From a virus (Duplodnaviria; Caudoviricetes): a stretch of 38,029 nucleotides of DNA. The notes under the pieces were generated by a model that made no database searches, was not told where the DNA came from, and was given only the letters and a program-made list of their open reading frames with translations. Where the stretch lies: positions 1 through 38,029 of the IMG/VR virus record IMGVR_UViG_3300042318_000047; one strand, given 5' to 3'. Shown here in pieces: positions 32,374 to 38,029 of the stretch. Position 1 is the stretch's first letter. Each line of letters opens with the position of its first letter. The position numbers were made by a program, and so were the translations under genes.

Positions 32374-34814
32374 TGGCTAATCATCAAAACGCAGCAACAT
32401 TGGGGATTGCTCTTGATCTCCAGATGGGCAACTTTGCTACGGAAGCGCAAAAGGTCGCTTACGAAACGCAAAAGATGAAGAACGCCATTGCGCGGGAAAT
32501 GAAGGCGGCTGATAAAGAAATTCAGTCGCTAAAGTATGCAACAGAAGATTATGGCAACGCTGTTACCAAGGTCACGCAAATAGAGCGTGAATTGGCAACC
32601 GGACGATTGAAAGACATTAAAGGCACTGCTAAAGCCCAAGAACTTCTTGCACAAGCCGCAGCCTACGACAAGGTTGCTAACGCTGCAAAGAATGCTGCTG
32701 GCGCTACGTTCAAAATGAACGAGCAACAAAAAATTAACCTGACGTATCAGACAACCGATTTCTTTACACAGATTGCTTCAGGTCAAAGTCCATTTATTGC
32801 TGCACTGCAACAGGGCGGTCAATTAAAAGATACGATGGGTGGCGTGGGTAATATGTTCCGTGCTATCGGGTCTTTGTTTACTCCGTTTACTGTTGGCCTT
32901 GGTTCTGTTGCCGCTGCGTTGGGCGTAGTAGCATATGCAACATATGAAGCCTATCAAGAGTTCGATAAATTTCAAGATTCTTTGACATTGACTGGAAATT
33001 ACTCAGGAACAACAGCAAACGCACTTGTTGCTATGTCTAGGTCAATTGCAGATGCTACCAAAACTACGGTTGGCACTGCTACAGAAGCTCTTGATGCGCT
33101 TGTTTCTTCTGGAAAGTTTACTAGCACTGCCCTTGAATCTGTAACAAAAGCCGTTCTTACTTATTCAAAAATTGCTGGCGTTGATGGTAAACAAGCAGCA
33201 GAAGCGTTAATGTCTGGTCTTAATGGAACTGCTGCTGGTGCAAAATCTCTTAACGACAAAATGAACTTTTTGACGTTGGCTCAATACAAGCAAATTGAAG
33301 CATTAGAAAAAGCTGGCAAATTACAAGATGCTGCAAAACTTACTGCGGATATTTTAAATGGCAGATTAGAAGCTCAAAAAAGAATTCTAGGTGATCTTGA
33401 AACAGCTTGGGATCAAGCAAAAAATGCAATGAGTAAGTTTTGGGCTTCTCTTAAAGAGGCTATTGCTGGGCCATCAACTAATGTTGGGATTCTCAAAAAA
33501 TTAAATGAAGAAATTGAAGCAATTGAATTTACTTTAAACAAAAGCACTTCTCCTGAAAAATACAAAGTTGCAGAAAGAGAAAGACTGCAACTTCTTAAAG
33601 AACGCCGAAAAGAAATTGAAGAAATAATTAAAAAACAAGAAGAATCAGAAGTTCCTCCAGAAGAAAAAGGGGGCATTGGAGATTATGCTGCGGCAGGTGG
33701 TTTTTCTAAAAAGACAGAACTTAACGCTGCCATTGCAAAAGCGATTGCCAACAATCAATATCTTATTGATGTAGAAAGCGCAAACGAAAGACAAAAAATT
33801 GAATTAGAAGCCGCAAAAGAAATACGAGAAAAAAATCTTGAGTTTGATAAAAAGTCTGCGGAAGAAAAACGAGTTTTTGGTAAATTGCTTGCTGACCAAC
33901 TTGCTGCTGAAATCTATACGATAGAGTTAAAACGTGACGAAAAACTTAAAGCAATCCGCGATAAAAATAGGATTTCAGAATACGAAGAATTTTTGCGAAC
34001 ACAAAAAGAAAAAACAGATGCTGATGTTGCCGAAGACAATAGGCTTTCCGCTATTAGAACTAGCAATCAATCCAAAACAAGGGAAATGGAATATCAAAAA
34101 GAATCCCTTGAGTTGAAATATCAGATGATTTACGCCACAGAAAAAGAGCAGCGTCTTGCTCAGATTTCTTTGGAGTACGCTAGAAAACGTAAAGAAGTTG
34201 AAGAAGGGCCAGACAAGCAATCTAATCTTAACAATATTAATCGCCAAGAAGAAATTGCAAAAATGTTTGTGACTATGGATGAGTCTGCCAAGCGTACACA
34301 GCAAGTGTTTGACAGTGTGTTTGGTAACTTGTCTTCTGCCATTGACAACTTTGTCAAGACAGGAAAGTTAAGCATGAAGGACTTAGCTCGTAGCATCATC
34401 CAAGATTTAATTGCAATTCAAATGAAAGCTATGGTTTTGCGATTTCTTGGGGCGGCGTTTGCAAACATAAGTGCTGCTGGAACGTATGGCACGATTCCCG
34501 GCTCAGAGCAAACAAATATGTTGGCGGCACAAGATGCTGGATTTGGCAGAAGGGCATCTGGTGGCGCTGTAACAAACAACACTCCATATCTTGTTGGAGA
34601 ACGTGGGCCAGAATTGTTTATGCCATCAGGCTCTGGGACAATTATTCCGAACAACCAGATGGGCATGGGCAGCACCACCAACGTCACAAACAACTATATC
34701 AACGCCATTGACGTTAAGTCGTTTGAAGATCGTTTGCTTGGTAGCTCAAACACTATTTGGGCGGCAAACCAATACGCCAACAAAAACCTGTCTACTAATT
34801 TCGGGAGAACTTGA
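32373..34814 (+). CDS. Tail tape measure protein
   Basis: Lambda-type N-terminal 'QTTDFFTQIASGQSPFIAALQQGGQLKD', long helical body, C-terminal 'ASGGAV...YLVGERGPELFMP'. Confidence 0.93.
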   Translation: MANHQNAATLGIALDLQMGNFATEAQKVAYETQKMKNAIAREMKAADKEIQSLKYATEDYGNAVTKVTQIERELATGRLKDIKGTAKAQELLAQAAAYDKVANAAKNAAGATFKMNEQQKINLTYQTTDFFTQIASGQSPFIAALQQGGQLKDTMGGVGNMFRAIGSLFTPFTVGLGSVAAALGVVAYATYEAYQEFDKFQDSLTLTGNYSGTTANALVAMSRSIADATKTTVGTATEALDALVSSGKFTSTALESVTKAVLTYSKIAGVDGKQAAEALMSGLNGTAAGAKSLNDKMNFLTLAQYKQIEALEKAGKLQDAAKLTADILNGRLEAQKRILGDLETAWDQAKNAMSKFWASLKEAIAGPSTNVGILKKLNEEIEAIEFTLNKSTSPEKYKVAERERLQLLKERRKEIEEIIKKQEESEVPPEEKGGIGDYAAAGGFSKKTELNAAIAKAIANNQYLIDVESANERQKIELEAAKEIREKNLEFDKKSAEEKRVFGKLLADQLAAEIYTIELKRDEKLKAIRDKNRISEYEEFLRTQKEKTDADVAEDNRLSAIRTSNQSKTREMEYQKESLELKYQMIYATEKEQRLAQISLEYARKRKEVEEGPDKQSNLNNINRQEEIAKMFVTMDESAKRTQQVFDSVFGNLSSAIDNFVKTGKLSMKDLARSIIQDLIAIQMKAMVLRFLGAAFANISAAGTYGTIPGSEQTNMLAAQDAGFGRRASGGAVTNNTPYLVGERGPELFMPSGSGTIIPNNQMGMGSTTNVTNNYINAIDVKSFEDRLLGSSNTIWAANQYANKNLSTNFGRT

Positions 34815-35461
34815 TGTCATTTCAAGATGTGTTTGAAATTCAACAGTCAATGACTGTTAACAACCGAAGAACCGTAGGCCAACAGGTCAGTCGTTCTGGT
34901 CAAATGCGTGTGGCTCAGTACTTGACTGCTGTACCTTGGGTGTTCACTGTTATGCCACACAACTATCTGGCTTATGCGACTTCTCGTCAGATCATTCAAA
35001 CAATTGATAACCTTGACAGGCAGTTGCCAGAAACCATTACTTTTAACAGCGCAAACTTAGCTTGGTTTACAGCGTATCAAGGTCAATTGTCAATTGCACA
35101 AGCAAACGCTTTGACATTAGCTGCTATTCCCGCTGCAAACTCTCAAACAATTAGCGTGGGAAATTTGCCAGCAGTGCCATCAAGCAGATTTGTGTTTAAG
35201 GCTGGCGACTTTTTGCAACTTGGCAATTACTCATACAAAGTTACAAGCGATGTTTTGCGTGGTGTAGGTGTAACTGTGTCTGTGAACTTGCATCGCCCTG
35301 TAATTGGCAGTGTGTCTGTAGGAACACTGGCGGGTGTTGGCAATGCTTGTGAATTTACGGTCTTGGCAGAAAAGTGTCCTACCTATACACTAACGCCATA
35401 TCCATCAAGCGCATTAGTTAATTGGGACGATGCGTTTGTGTTTAGAGAGGACATTACATGA
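34814..35461 (+). CDS. Distal tail protein-like
   Basis: Directly after the tape measure; 'SRSGQ', 'FKAGDFLQLG'. Confidence 0.65.
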   Translation: MSFQDVFEIQQSMTVNNRRTVGQQVSRSGQMRVAQYLTAVPWVFTVMPHNYLAYATSRQIIQTIDNLDRQLPETITFNSANLAWFTAYQGQLSIAQANALTLAAIPAANSQTISVGNLPAVPSSRFVFKAGDFLQLGNYSYKVTSDVLRGVGVTVSVNLHRPVIGSVSVGTLAGVGNACEFTVLAEKCPTYTLTPYPSSALVNWDDAFVFREDIT

Positions 35462-36093
35462 GTACGACAATGACAGCATTGGATAGTTCGTCTATCCGAC
35501 ATGCTGAGTTTATTCGGCTGACGATGCCGTCTAACACCTACACTTTTTGCAATGCTGCTGCGCCTATTACGGTAAGTGGCATTACCTTCACAAACCTTGG
35601 CAGTCTGTTGCAGCTTTCCGATATTAAGCGTGATATCAAAGCCAATAGTTCTGACTTGAGCATTTCGTTAACTGGTGTTGATGGAACAAACGTAGCAATT
35701 GTTTTGGGGTCTGACATTAAAGGATCGCGCATTGAAGTTTGGCGTGGCTTTATGGACTCAAACAACCAGATCATTACAACACCTACATTGCAGTTCTTTA
35801 AACGCTATCAAGGCATTGTTTCCAATTACTCAATCACTGAGGATTGGAACGAGCAGATGCGTATTCGCGTGGCAACAGTTGGTTTGTCGTGTGCTTCTTT
35901 CCGAACAATCTTGGAGAACAGGGTTGGCGGTGTTCGCACTACTCCTAAGATTTGGCAAGCCTTTTACCCGAACGACAACAGCATGAGCCGTGTGCCATCC
36001 ATTGCAGGGTCATACTTTGACTTTGGTGGTGAGCCAACATCAGGCAGTCAAGCAGTTACACAAGCACCATCACAAAGACGATTCGGCATATGA
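35458..36093 (+). CDS. Tail tip / hub protein (gpL or DUF2163-like)
   Basis: 'FTNLGSLL', 'LSISLTGVD', 'IEVWRGF', 'YQGIV'. Confidence 0.65.
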   Translation: MSTTMTALDSSSIRHAEFIRLTMPSNTYTFCNAAAPITVSGITFTNLGSLLQLSDIKRDIKANSSDLSISLTGVDGTNVAIVLGSDIKGSRIEVWRGFMDSNNQIITTPTLQFFKRYQGIVSNYSITEDWNEQMRIRVATVGLSCASFRTILENRVGGVRTTPKIWQAFYPNDNSMSRVPSIAGSYFDFGGEPTSGSQAVTQAPSQRRFGI

Positions 36094-36536
36094 TTCGACT
36101 TGCAACAAGATACGACATTCCAAGATTGCTAGAGTTTGTGGAGGCTTACTCAAAAGAGTACCCCGTTAGCATTCTTGGCGACACGACAAGACATTCAGTT
36201 AAGCACGTTGAGCAATTGTTGTTCTCAATCATTAATGGTCGTGGGTTTATCTTAATTGATAACCACATGACCGGGACTTTAATTGCTATTAAGCAAAACA
36301 ACATCTGGTGTCCTGACGTTGTAGAACTGCATGAGTTGTTGTGGTGGGTAGACCATGAACACAGAAACAATCTGATTGGTGGCAAGTTGTGGATTGAATA
36401 CGACAAGATAGCCAGTAAACTGCTTAATGACGGTGCTATACATTGCGCCTACACATCAGTTTCAGCAAATGGCCCATTGATAAATTACACCAAGCGCGGA
36501 TACAAAGCTGTCGGCGCAAGTTTTGTGAAGGAATAG
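36090..36536 (+). CDS. GNAT-fold acetyltransferase-like protein in the tail-tip module
   Basis: 'MIRLAT..DIPRL', 'ELLWWVD.EHR....GGKL', 'YTKRGY'. Confidence 0.65.
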   Translation: MIRLATRYDIPRLLEFVEAYSKEYPVSILGDTTRHSVKHVEQLLFSIINGRGFILIDNHMTGTLIAIKQNNIWCPDVVELHELLWWVDHEHRNNLIGGKLWIEYDKIASKLLNDGAIHCAYTSVSANGPLINYTKRGYKAVGASFVKE

Positions 36537-36538
36537 AC

Positions 36539-38029
36539 ATGGTTGGGACAATGATTGTTGCGGCGTACTACAGCATTGGCGTAGGTGTTGCTTTATCTGC
36601 CGCACAAATGGCAGTTGCTTTCGCAATTAACTTTGCTGTGTCTTCATTGATGGCCCGAGCTTTTGCGCCTGATTCCAGCAGCAATCAGGCAGTAGACAAC
36701 GGGGTGCGTCAACAAGTTCCTCCATCGTCAACAAACAGTATTCCTGTTGTGTACGGAGATGCTTACATGGGTGGTTCGTTTGTAGATGCTGCATTAAGCA
36801 CCGATGCAAAGACCATGTACTATGTTTTGGCGATTTCACACATCAGCCCTAACGGTCAATTTTCTTTTGACCTAGCAGATATGTATTGGGGTGATCGCAA
36901 AATTACTTTTGATGGCACAGACCAGACCAAGGTTGTTAGCCTGACTGACAGCGCAGGGAACATAGACACTAAGGTTAGTGGCAACCTGTTTATAGCTTTG
37001 TACAAGTCAACAGAAGCGGGTGTTATTACTTCTGCCAACGGAGCCTCTTTGCCATCAACCTACATGGGCGGCTCAGACTTGCCTTTTGAGTTGCGGTGGG
37101 CAGCAACTAACCGTCAAATGAACGGTCTTGGTTTTGCAATTGTAAAAATGAATTACAACCGTGAAGCAGAGACTACAAATATGCAGACTCTGACTTTTTC
37201 TGTTAGCCATTACCTTAACGGTACTGGCGCAGCAAAGCCGGGGGACGTTTGGTACGATTACATTACAAACGAAAAGTATGGCGGCGCTATGCCAGCAGAC
37301 TTGGTAGATTCTGCCTCGGCTACTGCTTTGAATGCCTACTCTGATGGCTTAATACCTTACACAGATACAACAGGCGCACAAACACAACCTCGTTACCGGA
37401 TTAACGGTGTTATGGATACAGGGCAATCATGCCTAAACAACATTAACTCCATCATGATCGTATGCGATTCGTGGAATCAGTACAACGCAGCGCAAGGCAA
37501 GTGGAGCATCGTTATCAACAAAGAAGCGTCAACAGCATATGCGTTTGATGATGACTCAATTGTTGGAGAGATTCGCGTCAGTGCTTACGACATTACAAGC
37601 AGCGTCAACCAGATTGAAGCCGAGTTTCCTAGCGGTCAAAACCGTGACCAATCTGATTTTGTGTATTACGAGACTCCAGCAGGTTTGCTGTATCCCAACG
37701 AACCAATCAACAAGCAATCAGTTCAGTTTGCGATGACCAACGATTCAGTTCAAGCGCAGTACCTTGCAACTCGAATTCTTGAGCAAGCCCGTGAAGACCT
37801 GATTGTGAGTTTCAGCACAGCATATGTTGGCATTCAAGTTGATGCTGGCGATGTGGTGACTGTAACCAACTCATCTTATGGCTGGACAAACAAGCCATTT
37901 AGGGTGATGCGTGTGTCTGAAGTGTCTTTGCCTGATGGCAACCTTGGCGCATCGTTTGAGTTGAACGAATACAACGCACAGGTGTATGACGATCAGGACA
38001 TCACAAAGTACATTCCAGCCCCCAACTCA
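36539..38029 (+). CDS. Tail tip / host-specificity protein (gpJ-like), N-terminal part; runs off the window and continues at base 1
   Basis: Hand translation MVGTMIVAAYY...NSIPVVYGDAY... ('IPVVYG' signature); missing from the ORF track because it has no stop in the window. Confidence 0.85.
   Translation, partial: MVGTMIVAAYYSIGVGVALSAAQMAVAFAINFAVSSLMARAFAPDSSSNQAVDNGVRQQVPPSSTNSIPVVYGDAYMGGSFVDAALSTDAKTMYYVLAISHISPNGQFSFDLADMYWGDRKITFDGTDQTKVVSLTDSAGNIDTKVSGNLFIALYKSTEAGVITSANGASLPSTYMGGSDLPFELRWAATNRQMNGLGFAIVKMNYNREAETTNMQTLTFSVSHYLNGTGAAKPGDVWYDYITNEKYGGAMPADLVDSASATALNAYSDGLIPYTDTTGAQTQPRYRINGVMDTGQSCLNNINSIMIVCDSWNQYNAAQGKWSIVINKEASTAYAFDDDSIVGEIRVSAYDITSSVNQIEAEFPSGQNRDQSDFVYYETPAGLLYPNEPINKQSVQFAMTNDSVQAQYLATRILEQAREDLIVSFSTAYVGIQVDAGDVVTVTNSSYGWTNKPFRVMRVSEVSLPDGNLGASFELNEYNAQVYDDQDITKYIPAPNS
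37770..38029 (+). repeat. Terminal direct repeat, copy 2
   Basis: Matches 1-260. Confidence 0.95.

Noticed and set aside
32930-34260. AT-rich middle of the tape measure gene as an inserted element
   Set aside because: The frame is continuous, the Lys/Glu-rich composition explains much of it, and no flanking repeats were seen; at most an allelic swap.

Overview
The window is an essentially complete, circularly permuted genome (about 37.77 kb unique) of a tailed dsDNA siphovirus with an HK97-type head. The contig opens inside the tail-tip (gpJ-like) gene; bases 1-260 recur at 37770-38029, identical for 127 nt and then differing only at synonymous sites. Layout on the window: tail tip and fibres (1-6.9 kb) with a free-standing HNH insertion; lysis cassette with two holin-like genes and a GH19 endolysin (7.0-9.5 kb); leftward recombination/nucleotide operon (ERF, SSB-like, MazG-like, DUF3310; 9.4-11.9 kb); rightward replication/nin operon (DUF1376 initiator, P-like, VRR-NUC-like, NinB, Ref-like; 12.0-17.4 kb); a 0.45-kb non-coding block between convergent terminators; a leftward operon of small genes including a GP88-family protein (17.9-20.2 kb); a DnaA-box cluster; terminase-associated HNH, terS, terL, portal, protease, TWO tandem capsid-protein paralogues, connectors, TWO tandem tail-tube paralogues, frameshifted tail chaperones, tape measure and tail tip. 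I recognised no integrase, CI-like repressor, polymerase, tRNA or CRISPR array. The most striking unexplained signal is a ~3.5-kb block (about 17.65-21.12 kb) that is about 5-fold depleted in CG dinucleotides by hand count. It ends sharply at the predicted cos end, carries seven DnaA boxes mirrored around a 14-bp palindrome, is transcribed inward from the end and is bounded by a palindrome-rich non-coding block. I read it, as an inference, as a first-injected 'leading region' resembling a miniature T5 first-step-transfer segment. All family calls come from motif recognition by eye, with no database searches, and the host (possibly a freshwater betaproteobacterium) is only a guess.
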